52,859 bases of DNA from Candidatus Delongbacteria bacterium (lineage in GTDB: Bacteria > UBA4055). Shown one piece after another: positions 37,503 through 47,710 of the stretch. The number at the start of each line of letters is the position of its first letter. The first letter of the stretch is position 1. Location: positions 1-52,859 of the forward strand of contig JAFGVM010000029.1 of assembly GCA_016937995.1 (NCBI GenBank), in the 5' to 3' direction. A model generated the notes under the pieces. That model searched no databases, was not told the DNA's origin, and was given only the letters and a program-made list of their open reading frames with translations. A program made the translations under genes and the position numbers.

Positions 37503-38099
37503 TTATTTCTTCATTCTGTTCTGCAGAGCAAATCTTATGATCTCCTGTGTAGAGATATCTTTTCCGTGTTCTTTGACTATTTTAGCAACAGCAGCATTGG
37601 CATCACTGTTCTTGTATCCCAGCTGAACCAGAGCTGAAACCGCCTCTGAGTTACTGCTTACTGCACCAATATTTATAACATCAGATATGTCACCTGCCGC
37701 ACCTATTTTTTCCTGAAGTTCGAACACGATCTTCTGAGCTTTCTTTTTACCTATTCCATGAGCCTGTGAAATAATGTCAACGTCTCCGGTAGCTATCGCA
37801 TTGTATAATCTGTCATATTTTATCTCAGATAATAACTGCATCGCTGTTTTTGCTCCGATACCGTTTACACTGCTTAGAATTATAAAGACTTCTTTTTCCT
37901 GCTTGTCAATGAAACCGAAAAGGGACATATCATCTTCTCTTACTTTAAAAACAGTATGAAAAACCTGTTTTTTGTTAATGTCAGGCAACTTGGAATAAGT
38001 GTAAGAGGAAATATTCAGTGAATATCCAACACCTGCACAGTTTACTATTACTTTTCCAGGTTCCTTAAAAAGAATATCACCTATTATCATCTCTATCAT
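37503..38099 (-). CDS. ruvA: Holliday junction branch migration protein RuvA
   Basis: GVGY, VREDDMSLFGF, VNGIGAKTA, GIGKKKAQKI, ALVQLGY. Confidence 0.95.
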   Translation of the reverse strand: MIEMIIGDILFKEPGKVIVNCAGVGYSLNISSYTYSKLPDINKKQVFHTVFKVREDDMSLFGFIDKQEKEVFIILSSVNGIGAKTAMQLLSEIKYDRLYNAIATGDVDIISQAHGIGKKKAQKIVFELQEKIGAAGDISDVINIGAVSSNSEAVSALVQLGYKNSDANAAVAKIVKEHGKDISTQEIIRFALQNRMKK

Positions 38100-38118
38100 T
38101 GTTTATCCTAAAAAGTTG

Positions 38119-38610
38119 TTACTTTTTTATCGCATTTCTGAATTTGAGTGTCTGGAGTAATGATAATGCAATTGCAACGGCATCAGTTGCATCATTCGGC
38201 TTAGGTATTTTATCGAGTTTTAGAATTGATTTTACCATGAATTGCACTTGTTCTTTGGTAGCATTCCCGGTACCTGAAATATTTTGTTTGACCTCTTTTG
38301 GAGAAAATTCACGGACATTCAGATTCGCTATTGCTCCAGCTATGATCGCTGCACCACGGGCATGTCCAAGTTTCAATGCAGACTGAACATTCTTGCCTAC
38401 GAAAACTGTTTCAACAGCCATCTCATGAGGTTCCAGAGATGCAATAACTTCGGATACACCCTCAAAGATCGTTCTAAGCCTTACAGGCATTGTATCTTTT
38501 GGAGATGTCCTTATCACACCCAATTCGATCAAATGAATGATATTATTTTTTAGCTCCAGAACACCATAGCCTGTACAACTGATCCCCGGATCGATACCAA
38601 GTACTCTCAT
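38119..38610 (-). CDS. ruvC: Crossover junction endodeoxyribonuclease RuvC
   Basis: LGIDPG, AVE, LGHARG, GNATKEQV, DATDAVAIA. Confidence 0.96.
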   Translation of the reverse strand: MRVLGIDPGISCTGYGVLELKNNIIHLIELGVIRTSPKDTMPVRLRTIFEGVSEVIASLEPHEMAVETVFVGKNVQSALKLGHARGAAIIAGAIANLNVREFSPKEVKQNISGTGNATKEQVQFMVKSILKLDKIPKPNDATDAVAIALSLLQTLKFRNAIKK

Positions 38611-39351
38611 TTATTCCTGATCCATATCAGCTTCATCTATATCAGCATTGGAGTATACATCATCAACATCATCAAGTGCTTCAAGAGCATCGATCAATTT
38701 CATCAATTGTTCAACTTTATCTGATGGGACAGCTATATTATTATCTGCAACCATTGTGAGTTCATTCGATTCAAAAGTATATTTTGATTCAAGCGAATCA
38801 CAAACGCTCAGATAATCTTTATATTCAGTATAAACTACATATTTACCATCTTCATTGACCATATCCTCAGCTCCGGCTTCCAAAGCATCCTCCATAACCT
38901 GATCTTCGTCCAAACCTTCGGAGTCGATTATGATCATACCTTTTTTGTGGAACATCCATGCTACTGAACCACTTTCACCAAGATTACCGCCATATTTATT
39001 AAAAGCGAAACGAACTTCTGCAACAGTTCTAACTTTATTATCGGTCATGGCTTCAACTATTATTGCCACACCTCCTGGTCCATATCCTTCGTATACAAGA
39101 TCTTCATATGTTACACCGGGCAATTCTCCCGCCCCCTTTAATTTAGCTCTGGTTATAGTATCAAGAGGCATATTTGCATCTTTTCCTTTTTGTATAGCTA
39201 CTTTTAACCGTGGATTTGCATCCTCGTTACTGCCACCTAATTTTGCTGCGACAGTTATCTCCTTGATCAATTTTGTAAATATCTTTCCTTTAGCTGCATC
39301 AATTTTTTCTTTTTTTCTACGGATCGTTGCCCATTTAGAGTGCCCGGACAT
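38611..39351 (-). CDS. yebC: YebC/PmpR-family regulator
   Basis: MSGHSKWATI, YEGYGPGG, DDVDDVYSN. Confidence 0.96.
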   Translation of the reverse strand: MSGHSKWATIRRKKEKIDAAKGKIFTKLIKEITVAAKLGGSNEDANPRLKVAIQKGKDANMPLDTITRAKLKGAGELPGVTYEDLVYEGYGPGGVAIIVEAMTDNKVRTVAEVRFAFNKYGGNLGESGSVAWMFHKKGMIIIDSEGLDEDQVMEDALEAGAEDMVNEDGKYVVYTEYKDYLSVCDSLESKYTFESNELTMVADNNIAVPSDKVEQLMKLIDALEALDDVDDVYSNADIDEADMDQE

Positions 39352-39372
39352 AAAAATGCTCCAAAATAAATT

Positions 39373-39837
39373 TTACGATGTTATTTCTAATATTTCAAAT
39401 TCTATTTCGCCTATCGGAATAGTGATCATAAATCTGTCTCCGACTTTTTTACCGAGAAGACCTTTGCCGATAGGGGAGTCTGCAGAAATTTTACCCTCAA
39501 TCGGGTCTGCTTCAGCTTGTGATACTATAGTATACTCAAGGTCCTTATTTCTGGTATGATCTTTTATTTTGACCTTGTTAAGCATTCTTATTACATTGTT
39601 TTTTATCTTATCCCTTGAGATTATTTGTGAAGATGCAATATAATTTTCCAATTCACCGATCCGGATATCTATACGTGAAAGATCTTCTCTGGCAGCCTTA
39701 TAATCTCCATTTTCTTTTAGGTCACCCAGCTTTCTTGCTTCATTGACTCTGTCCAGGATCTCAGCTCTTTGAATGTGTTTCATATCGTAGAGTTTCTTTA
39801 CAAGATCCTTCATACCTTCTTCAGTTACATAATTCAT
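39373..39837 (-). CDS. greA: Transcription elongation factor GreA
   Basis: GDLKENGDY, ISADSPIGKGLLG. Confidence 0.93.
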   Translation of the reverse strand: MNYVTEEGMKDLVKKLYDMKHIQRAEILDRVNEARKLGDLKENGDYKAAREDLSRIDIRIGELENYIASSQIISRDKIKNNVIRMLNKVKIKDHTRNKDLEYTIVSQAEADPIEGKISADSPIGKGLLGKKVGDRFMITIPIGEIEFEILEITS

Positions 39838-40598
39838 TTTTTTGATCCTTTGGTATCTTTTTTCTTAACGAACTTGGATTTATCGACAAGATCTGAGATC
39901 TTTTCCATTTCTTCCTGAGCCTTTTTCTCTAATTCAGTTTTAGGAGCCAGATCAACTACTTTCATCAGGTACAAATAACCTTTATCAAAGTTACCGTTAT
40001 CAATATTTAATTTTGCCTGATCAAAATATGACTGAGCTTTTTTCATATCATCTTCTTTACTTGGTGCCTTAGATTTACCTTCAATTTTTTCGATCTCTTT
40101 TAGGGTATTAGTGACATTTTTGCCAAGCTCGTTAGGAATCCCTGATATCAGATCAAAAGCATCCTTAGCACCCTCAATATCTCCCAGTTTCCAAAGCTGA
40201 GTTCCCAAGGTGTAATATATCTCGTATAATCCATTAAAAACATTTGCTGGCTGGATGTAAACGACTTTAACAGATAATTTTCTTTTAGGATTAAAATCCT
40301 GTAAAATGAACATTGGGATGTCTGTGATCTTGTATGATTTCAATCTCTCTGAATTTTCTTTTGTAGTTACGTTCAACTGTACCATAATAAATTTATCAGC
40401 CAGACAGTCTAATTCTCCCTGAGATATCACATAGCTTAGCTTTAAACTTTCTTTCTGCTTAGGGGATATATAAAGGAATAATATTGGTTTTTCCAGTTTT
40501 TCTGCTTCTTTAATACCATCTTCATAACTTCTGTACCAATCTAACCCGAACAGTGAAAAGGAAAGCATCAGTAATATAACAGTGATATTCTTGAACAT
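39834..40598 (-). CDS. Exported thioredoxin-fold-like / TPR-like protein
   Basis: Signal peptide; W..SYEDGIKEAEKLEKPILFL thioredoxin-like start without CxxC; helical repeats at the C-terminus. Confidence 0.55.
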   Translation of the reverse strand: MFKNITVILLMLSFSLFGLDWYRSYEDGIKEAEKLEKPILFLYISPKQKESLKLSYVISQGELDCLADKFIMVQLNVTTKENSERLKSYKITDIPMFILQDFNPKRKLSVKVVYIQPANVFNGLYEIYYTLGTQLWKLGDIEGAKDAFDLISGIPNELGKNVTNTLKEIEKIEGKSKAPSKEDDMKKAQSYFDQAKLNIDNGNFDKGYLYLMKVVDLAPKTELEKKAQEEMEKISDLVDKSKFVKKKDTKGSKK

Positions 40599-40606
40599 TT
40601 TATAAC

Positions 40607-41830
40607 CTACTTTTTTGTATAAAGTTTTTTTCTGTCATGAACTCTCTCAAGATAATCACGACCTTCTTTAGGTATTGATTTATCTGAAATAAGTATCTCA
40701 TATGTTTCTTCATCAGATTTATTGAAAAGATCTCTTGGTTTGTAAGCTTTATTCAAGATCGTTCCCATTCCCTGATTATAGGATGAAACTGTATAGTATT
40801 CATTCTTAATTACACTGCTTGCTTTACCGTGTTTTTTCTTTTCGATCCTGTTCCACCAGTTATTAAGCCATTTTACGTACCATGTCCCCATAGCAAGATT
40901 ATTTTCCGGGTTGAAAAGATATTCAGGTTCAACAATTTTATCTTTACCGAAAAGAGCTTTATGAGCATCTCTTCCGGCTTGAGACGGGATTATCTGCATT
41001 AGACCGCAAGCCATTGGCGTTCCATCAGGTCTTCTTGAAAAGGCTTTTGGATTAAAGGCTGATTCAGTGTGTATCAGAGCCATAACTAAGGCCGGGTCAA
41101 GATCGTTCTTTTTACTGTATTTTTCAATCAGGTCCATATATTTCTTTGCTCTGATCTGAATACTGTTAGGTACCATCTCCAGGGTAACAGTATATTTAGT
41201 CCTTGCTCTACCATCATCACCAAGTATAACTTCTTTCTTAAGTTTTTTCTCAACGGTCTTCTTGACAAATTCTTTTTGATTTTCTTCTGTTACAACCTTT
41301 TCCTCTTTCTTAGGAACAGAAGTTATAGGTTCTTTAAATTCAACTTTTTTCTTGGGTTTAACATAATTCGCATCCTGTTCAAATTTAATCTGCCCCTGAA
41401 GTAATTTTCGCTGTGTTCCTTCTTCTTTGGCAGCAAGTAACTCCTCGAATCTTTTTTGTATCTGAGCTTCTGATTTTGCTTTGTCGTCAGTATCAACGAT
41501 TGTAGCTATTTCTACATAATTATTTTCAAAATCAACAACACTTAAAGCTTTCAGGTCATTGCTGTATTCTGCCCATGCTTTTGGAGTACTGCCGGTATAT
41601 TCTCCCCATTGACCACGGACTTTATTCACATATTCCTTCCACTCTTTTCTTTCTTTTTCAACTCTAAGTTTATATGCGTCAAGTTCCGCATCTCTTTCCT
41701 GTTTCCATTTGCCTACATCTTCGGAAGCCATCTTCTTATATTTTTCCAGATCAGACTCCTGTCCGAAAACTGAAATTACGAATGAGAAGATACAAAGTAA
41801 AAAAACTGATTTTTTCATAACATACTCCAT
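40607..41830 (-). CDS. MltC-like lytic murein transglycosylase
   Basis: Signal peptide; ALIHTESAFNPKA, GLMQI, YNQG SLT motifs. Confidence 0.8.
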   Translation of the reverse strand: MEYVMKKSVFLLCIFSFVISVFGQESDLEKYKKMASEDVGKWKQERDAELDAYKLRVEKERKEWKEYVNKVRGQWGEYTGSTPKAWAEYSNDLKALSVVDFENNYVEIATIVDTDDKAKSEAQIQKRFEELLAAKEEGTQRKLLQGQIKFEQDANYVKPKKKVEFKEPITSVPKKEEKVVTEENQKEFVKKTVEKKLKKEVILGDDGRARTKYTVTLEMVPNSIQIRAKKYMDLIEKYSKKNDLDPALVMALIHTESAFNPKAFSRRPDGTPMACGLMQIIPSQAGRDAHKALFGKDKIVEPEYLFNPENNLAMGTWYVKWLNNWWNRIEKKKHGKASSVIKNEYYTVSSYNQGMGTILNKAYKPRDLFNKSDEETYEILISDKSIPKEGRDYLERVHDRKKLYTKK

Positions 41831-41998
41831 GAAATTGTTTTATTCACGTTCCTAATTAATAGAAAAAGGCCACAGTATAGCCTTTGAGTGTTAACTTAGT
41901 CAAATTTTAAGTAAAAATCAACTTGAAAAAAAGATATTAAAGTTATATCTATACCGACGTAAAGTAAAATATATCCTGATATTTAACGGAGGATCAAA

Positions 41999-42349
41999 AT
42001 GGCTGAAAGTATTGAAAGATTCATAAAAGAGAGGGAAGAATTAAATAATATTGTCCTTGAAAAAGGCGGGAAAACCATAAAAAGGTTCTTCAATCTTGAT
42101 ACTAATGCATACAAAGATGGTGCTTTCCCTGCTAAGATAAAAGAGTCACTTGGGTTGGTGGCATCTATGGTTTTAAGATGCGATGACTGTATAAATTATC
42201 ATTTGTTGCAATCCAGGAAGGAGGGAGTCTCAGATGAAGAGATGGATGAGATATTCTCAATAGCTCTGGTTGTTGGAGGTTCGATAGTAATACCTCATCT
42301 GCGGAGAGCTTATGCTATTTGGGAAGAGCTGAAAACTATTCAATATTAA
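41999..42349 (+). CDS. Carboxymuconolactone decarboxylase / AhpD-like protein
   Basis: KESLGLVASMVLRCDDCINYH. Confidence 0.85.
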   Translation: MAESIERFIKEREELNNIVLEKGGKTIKRFFNLDTNAYKDGAFPAKIKESLGLVASMVLRCDDCINYHLLQSRKEGVSDEEMDEIFSIALVVGGSIVIPHLRRAYAIWEELKTIQY

Positions 42350-42517
42350 TTTTTGAAAGTCACCGTAATTAGTATACGATGTTTTTTATTGCTTTTGCTA
42401 AATTTTAGTATTATCTTGCTATTTCGTGAGTGAGCAGATATTTTTCACGAACCAAAAAATCGGGGAAAGCTCTGTTCGTAACAAATAATCAAAAAGCAAC
42501 AATCATGGAGGTTGTTA

Positions 42518-42727
42518 ATGGCAGAGCGTGAAACCGGAACAGTTAAGTGGTTTGACTCTTCAAAAGGCTTTGGATTTATCACTACTGAAAGTGGAAATGA
42601 CATTTTTTGTCACTTTTCTTCTATCAAAGGTGATGGTTTTAAAACTCTACAGGACGGACAAAAAGTTGAGTTCGTTGTTGTAGACAGTGAAAAAGGTCCT
42701 CAAGCACAAGATGTATTTCCTTTATAA
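42518..42727 (+). CDS. cspA: Cold-shock protein
   Basis: [27 protein letters not shown]. Confidence 0.93.
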   Translation: MAERETGTVKWFDSSKGFGFITTESGNDIFCHFSSIKGDGFKTLQDGQKVEFVVVDSEKGPQAQDVFPL

Positions 42728-42749
42728 TTAAATGGAACATCGACCATAG

Positions 42750-42777
42750 AAAATGCGGCTTTTACGCCGCATTTTTT
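42750..42777 (+). terminator. Rho-independent terminator
   Basis: aaaatgcggc-tttac-gccgcatttttt. Confidence 0.8.
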
Positions 42778-42798
42778 CATATAAAAAAAGGTAACACA

Positions 42799-43800
42799 AT
42801 GAAAATTTTAATATTAAGGTTCTCTTCATTAGGTGATATTCTGTTAGCGACACCTGTACTGGACGTTTTAAAAGAAAAATATCCTGAAAGTGAGATCGAC
42901 TGGGTGGTTAACTCAAAATTTGCAGAAGTTCTGATAACAAATCCCAGATTGAACAGAGTTTTGACATTTAAGGATAAAACAGGCTTAGAGAACATTAGAA
43001 GAGATATTAACAGAACGAACTATGACCTGATATTTGATCTTCATCAAAATTCCAGTACCCACTATCTTACCAGATTTCAAAGAAATCTTTACAGATATAA
43101 TAAGCATGTTGTTGACAGGTCATTGCTCGTATTTCTAAAAAAGAAATACAAAGAGATAATTCCGGTTACACAAATGTATTTCAAAGCACTCAACAAAGCA
43201 GGTATCGTAACACCAAAAGAGTGGACACTTCGATACGGACTTGTTAAAAGTTTTCAATTGAGTACTATAAATGAATACAATTTACACAATTTCAATTATA
43301 TAGCCATAGCACCCGGGGCAAGTTATGCCACAAAAATTTGGCCAAAAGAATATTTTAAAGAGTTGGTTGAAAAGATTTCATTCAATAAGAACATTAATCG
43401 GAAAGTTATACTTGTAGGGAATAGTGAAGCAGATAAAATAGCTGCAGATCATATCACAAAGGGCAATGAATTCAGTTGTATTAATCTTGTAGGTAAACTT
43501 GATCTACAGGAGACTGCAACTATTCTAAAATACTCTGATCTTGTAATTTCCAATGACAGCGGTCCTTTACACCTTGCAGAATGTTTTAAGAAGAAAATAA
43601 TTGCAATCTTTGGCTGTACTACTGAAGAACTGGGATTTTTTCCGTACTCCACTGATTATGTGGTCGTTGAAAATAAAGGTTTAAAATGCAGACCATGTAC
43701 TCATTTCGGAAAAAAACAATGTCCCAAAAAGCATTTTAAGTGTATGATAGATATAAGTGTTGATGATGTTTACAGAGAAATACTCAATTTTTTAAGATAA
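42799..43800 (+). CDS. Glycosyltransferase family 9 (LPS heptosyltransferase)
   Basis: RFSSLGD, APGA..TKIWP, NDSGPLHLA, CRPC. Confidence 0.9.
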   Translation: MKILILRFSSLGDILLATPVLDVLKEKYPESEIDWVVNSKFAEVLITNPRLNRVLTFKDKTGLENIRRDINRTNYDLIFDLHQNSSTHYLTRFQRNLYRYNKHVVDRSLLVFLKKKYKEIIPVTQMYFKALNKAGIVTPKEWTLRYGLVKSFQLSTINEYNLHNFNYIAIAPGASYATKIWPKEYFKELVEKISFNKNINRKVILVGNSEADKIAADHITKGNEFSCINLVGKLDLQETATILKYSDLVISNDSGPLHLAECFKKKIIAIFGCTTEELGFFPYSTDYVVVENKGLKCRPCTHFGKKQCPKKHFKCMIDISVDDVYREILNFLR

Positions 43801-43802
43801 AT

Positions 43803-44093
43803 ATGAGCATAATTACATTGTCTCTGTTGACCATAGTTCTGGTTTTAGAGATCATTTACATATTATTTAGAGATCCAAAGTTAAATACTTACAATAAATA
43901 TATTCTTTCTGCTGCAATTATTGTAATTTTGTTTACGATTGCAAATGCACTTCACTTTTATATGATCGTAAAGCTTGTTTCTGTAGTTGTAGTTTTAACT
44001 GCCAATGTAAAATTGAAGCATTCTCCTTACGAAAAACCGGATTATAGATATTTGCTTCTATTGATAGGTGCAATAATAATTAATTTGAAATAA
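43803..44093 (+). CDS. Small membrane protein
   Basis: Hydrophobic 96-aa ORF abutting the GT9 gene and followed by a terminator. Confidence 0.55.
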   Translation: MSIITLSLLTIVLVLEIIYILFRDPKLNTYNKYILSAAIIVILFTIANALHFYMIVKLVSVVVVLTANVKLKHSPYEKPDYRYLLLLIGAIIINLK

Positions 44094-44118
44094 AAAAAAG
44101 GGCATTAAAGCCCTTTTT
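44092..44118. terminator. Bidirectional terminator
   Basis: aaaaaaaagggc-attaaa-gcccttttt. Confidence 0.8.
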
Positions 44119-44135
44119 GAATGAAGATCATTGTA

Positions 44136-44678
44136 TTATTTCTTTAACCATTTTCCTTTTTTACCGTCTCTGTTTCCCATTGGATGCATTTTTTTCATTT
44201 TTGCGATTTGATCTTTAGTAAGTACCATCGCCATTTTTTCTTTTTCATCAATGTGCAAAATTTGTAGATCTGTTCTGGTTTTTGACATTTCTTTAGTAAT
44301 ACTTCTTGCCTTTGAAAAATCCATATCTTTCATAGCTTCTTTTTTGTCAATTCTTAGTTTTTTCTCCGTAGCCTTTAGATCGATCTCTTTTTTATCAAAT
44401 TCCACTTTGATCTTGTGCATCTTTTCAATTTGATCATCATTAAGCTCGAGCATTTCTATCATTCTTGGTCCGAAACCGTCACCTCTACCTTCAAAATCGC
44501 CACCTTTCCTGAATCCTTTTCTTCCGAAGTCCTTATTTTCGTGAAATTTTTCATATTGCGGGCAATCAGGGTTTCCAATTCCGGGCTTGAATCCTTTGTC
44601 AGCAGGTGCTGAGGTTTGAGCGAATACTCCTGTAGCAAGGAATGCTAGAAGTGTAAGTGTTGTGATCATCTTTTTCAT
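44136..44678 (-). CDS. Spy/CpxP-like periplasmic protein
   Basis: Signal peptide from ATG44678 after AAGGAG; LELNDDQ and VLTKDQ (LTxxQ-like) motifs. Confidence 0.75.
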   Translation of the reverse strand: MKKMITTLTLLAFLATGVFAQTSAPADKGFKPGIGNPDCPQYEKFHENKDFGRKGFRKGGDFEGRGDGFGPRMIEMLELNDDQIEKMHKIKVEFDKKEIDLKATEKKLRIDKKEAMKDMDFSKARSITKEMSKTRTDLQILHIDEKEKMAMVLTKDQIAKMKKMHPMGNRDGKKGKWLKK

Positions 44679-44787
44679 TTTATTCTCCTTATTAAAATTA
44701 TTGTTTTTTGTTGTCACAGCTTAGTAAACGATGATTGAATTAGATTTATTTTAAATTATATTTTTCATTTTATAAATTTTCATAATA

Positions 44788-44862
44788 CGTAGAGGTGACC
44801 TTAACGGTCACCCACTCAATTTAATTAAATTATGTGGACAGGAGTAGAAGCCTGTCCCTACG
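44788..44862. repeat. Inverted pair of GTAG-type REP-like palindromes
   Basis: cGTAGa-ggtgacc-ttaac-ggtcacc (plus strand) and cGTAG-ggacagg-cttctact-cctgtcc (minus strand). Confidence 0.65.
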
Positions 44863-44933
44863 ATTTATTCATATAAAAAAATAATTGATAATATGTATAA
44901 AAAAAGGTTTATTTCATTATAACCAAAACCGGA

Positions 44934-46103
44934 GTGATCATGACGAAATATAATGAATATTTTCTACCTGTATATAATAGAAAAGAGTTAAATATTATCA
45001 AAGCTGAAGGTTCGTATCTTTATACAGAGCAAGGTAAATATCTTGATATGATAGCTGCATTAGGTGTGAATGTCATTGGAAGTTCAAACAAAAGTATCAT
45101 TGATGCGATCCAGGATCAGATTCACAGGTATATGCATATTTCCAATTTCTATGAATCCGATATAGTTGGTGAATATGCAGAATATCTTTGTAAACACACA
45201 TTCGCAAATAAGGTATTCTTTTCTAATTCGGGAACAGAATCAATTGAAGCAGGATTGAAATTAATAAAGAAATATGGTAAGCAGAACAACAAAGATATCA
45301 TTCTGTCTTTCAGTAAAGGATATCACGGCAGAAGTCTAGGATCTTTATCAGTTACTGCAAAAACCAAATTGACAAATGAAATTGAACCTTTGATACCCGG
45401 AATAAAAAGTATTGAATTTAACAGTCTGAATGATATTGAGAAAAATATTAATGACAGATGTGCCGGAATAATAATTGAAACAGTGCAGGGTCAGGGTGGA
45501 GTTAATATTGCCGATAAGGAATTTATTGTCAAGATCAGAGAATTGACTGAGAAATTTGGGGCTGTTATGCTTGTTGATGAAATACAGACAGGTATTGGCA
45601 GAACAGGTAAATTCTTCTCTTTCGAGCACTTTGGTGTAGTTCCGGATCTGGTAGCATCCGCAAAATCTCTTGGTGGTGGGCTTCCTCTGGGAGCTTTACT
45701 TGTAAATAAAAAATATTCAAATATTTTGGAAAGGGGAGACCATGGTTCCACATTCGGTGGTAATCCTGTTTCCTGTGCAGCCGGACTGGCTCTTGTAAAG
45801 CAGGTGAACGATGAAGTGTTCTTATTGAAAGTCAGAGAAAAAGCTGAAAGAATGAATGTCAGATTCAAGAAACTTAGAGGATCATATTCTGATATTATCG
45901 GAGATATTAAGCAACTTGGTATGATGATAGGTCTTGAAATGAAGTATGGAGCTGACAAAGTTACTTCTTTGTTCGAAAATGAAGGCGTGATAGTCAATGT
46001 CACAGGAGGGAACGTTTTAAGACTATTGCCACCTTTAACGCTCTCTGATGATGAAATAGATTATTTCTTCGAGAAATTTGAGATTGTTTTGAATAATATG
46101 TAA
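44934..46103 (+). CDS. argD: Acetylornithine aminotransferase (class III PLP)
   Basis: NSGTES, YHGRS, ETVQGQGG, DEIQTGIGRTG, AKSLGGG, HGSTFGGNP, LRLLPPL. Confidence 0.88.
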   Translation: MIMTKYNEYFLPVYNRKELNIIKAEGSYLYTEQGKYLDMIAALGVNVIGSSNKSIIDAIQDQIHRYMHISNFYESDIVGEYAEYLCKHTFANKVFFSNSGTESIEAGLKLIKKYGKQNNKDIILSFSKGYHGRSLGSLSVTAKTKLTNEIEPLIPGIKSIEFNSLNDIEKNINDRCAGIIIETVQGQGGVNIADKEFIVKIRELTEKFGAVMLVDEIQTGIGRTGKFFSFEHFGVVPDLVASAKSLGGGLPLGALLVNKKYSNILERGDHGSTFGGNPVSCAAGLALVKQVNDEVFLLKVREKAERMNVRFKKLRGSYSDIIGDIKQLGMMIGLEMKYGADKVTSLFENEGVIVNVTGGNVLRLLPPLTLSDDEIDYFFEKFEIVLNNM

Positions 46104-46124
46104 ACCGTCCCCTACGAATACATA

Positions 46125-47027
46125 TTATTCTTCAACAGCATATTTTTCCAGGATCCAAATTAAAATATATCCTACTATCATCAATGATACTGCAAATATT
46201 TCTTCAAAGCTGAAGGTTGAAGGATAAGAATAATTATAACCGATCACCTTTATCTTATCACCAAACTGTTTTATGATCTCAGTCTTCCATGGCCATAGTA
46301 AAGTAAGTGATCCCAGAATAAAACCTGACAGGATTGCAATAGTCTGATCTTTGTATTTTTTAAAGACCCATGAAAGCATATGGGAAAAAGCTATAAGACC
46401 AAAGACCGCACCTATCATTAAAGGTACAAGAACATGAAGATCAACAGTTTTTACAGAACGGATCATTACAAGTTCGTAATTTCCCATCAGTATCAGTACA
46501 AAAGAACCTGAAAGTCCCGGTAATATCATACTGCAGGTGGCTACTATACCGCAAATGAACAAATAAAAATAAGAAGGATCTTCTGTTGCAGGATCAAATA
46601 CATTTATTATCAGTACGGCTATCAAAGTGCCTATGAGCAAGGAAATTATAACACCTGTATTCCATTTCTTGATTTTTTTTGCTACAAAGAAAACAGACGC
46701 CAGAATAAGTCCGAAGAAAAAAGCCCATACAAATTTGGGGTAAGTCTCAAACAGTGATCCCAGTACAAATGATAATGCAAAGATACCACTGAACGCACCT
46801 CCAAATACTGCCATAAGAAAATAAAGATTTGTATACCGTATAAATTCTTTGAATTTGCCTGAAAAAAGTAATTTGAATGCATGGATATTGAATGATTTAA
46901 TAGAATTTATAATATTTTCAAAGATCCCGGTTATCAGTGCGATAGTTCCGCCTGAAACTCCCGGTATTATGTTGGCTATACCTACAGCGATCCCTTTCAA
47001 AAAAAGCACAAAATAGTTATTCATCAA
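46125..47027 (-). CDS. DUF368-family membrane protein
   Basis: IPGVSGGTIA and MILPGLSGS repeated motifs; multiple TM segments. Confidence 0.85.
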   Translation of the reverse strand: MMNNYFVLFLKGIAVGIANIIPGVSGGTIALITGIFENIINSIKSFNIHAFKLLFSGKFKEFIRYTNLYFLMAVFGGAFSGIFALSFVLGSLFETYPKFVWAFFFGLILASVFFVAKKIKKWNTGVIISLLIGTLIAVLIINVFDPATEDPSYFYLFICGIVATCSMILPGLSGSFVLILMGNYELVMIRSVKTVDLHVLVPLMIGAVFGLIAFSHMLSWVFKKYKDQTIAILSGFILGSLTLLWPWKTEIIKQFGDKIKVIGYNYSYPSTFSFEEIFAVSLMIVGYILIWILEKYAVEE

Positions 47028-47065
47028 TGTTCTCCAAAAATTTGTTCAGCGTTAGAACAAATATA

Positions 47066-47710
47066 TTAATTCTCTGCGAAACCTCTTCCGATCAAAGGTA
47101 CAAAAGTACAATCCATGATCTCTTCCTGTGTGTATCCATCCTCTGTTTTTAAAACCAGTGTCAGAACATGAAAAGCCTCTCTTCCAAGAGGTATGAGCAT
47201 CCTTCCTCCAGGTTTCAGCTGGTCAAGCAGAAGTTTCGGTATCTCAGGAGAGCCTGCAGTAACTATTATCCCGTCGTAAGGGGCATTGGATTTCCATCCA
47301 AGAGTTCCATCAGCCACAAAAGTCTCAATGTTCTCAATATTCAGCTTTGCAATATTCTTCTTGGCAATATCGTACAACTCTCTGATCTTTTCGATAGAAA
47401 CGACGAACTTTGCCATCGTGCTTAATATTGCAGCCTGAAACCCGGACCCGGTACCTATTTCAAGTATTACCTCGTCTTTTTCAGGATTGAGAAGCTCGGT
47501 CATCAGAGCTGTGATATATGGCTGTGAGATTGTTTGGCCGTGTCCTATAGGTAAAGCGTTATCATCATAACTCTGATCTATAATATCTTCACCAACAAAA
47601 AGGTGACGGTCGATCTTTCTGAAAGCTTCTAAAACTCTGGGATCTCCTATCCCTCTGTTATATAACTGCTTTCTTATCATATCATTTTTTGCAAATTCAA
47701 AATTAATCAT
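47066..47710 (-). CDS. pcm: Protein-L-isoaspartate O-methyltransferase
   Basis: GQTISQP, LEIGTGSGFQAA, APYDGIIVTA, FVPL. Confidence 0.95.
   Translation of the reverse strand: MINFEFAKNDMIRKQLYNRGIGDPRVLEAFRKIDRHLFVGEDIIDQSYDDNALPIGHGQTISQPYITALMTELLNPEKDEVILEIGTGSGFQAAILSTMAKFVVSIEKIRELYDIAKKNIAKLNIENIETFVADGTLGWKSNAPYDGIIVTAGSPEIPKLLLDQLKPGGRMLIPLGREAFHVLTLVLKTEDGYTQEEIMDCTFVPLIGRGFAEN

Noticed and set aside
37503-38610. Missing ruvB as a novel feature
   Set aside because: ruvB is often encoded apart from yebC-ruvC-ruvA; absence from this window is uninformative.
38930-39559. 209-aa plus-strand ORF and other antisense ORFs in the track (e.g. 49570-50163, 45491-46003, 2633-3097)
   Set aside because: They are shadows of well-supported genes on the opposite strand, with no recognisable motifs.
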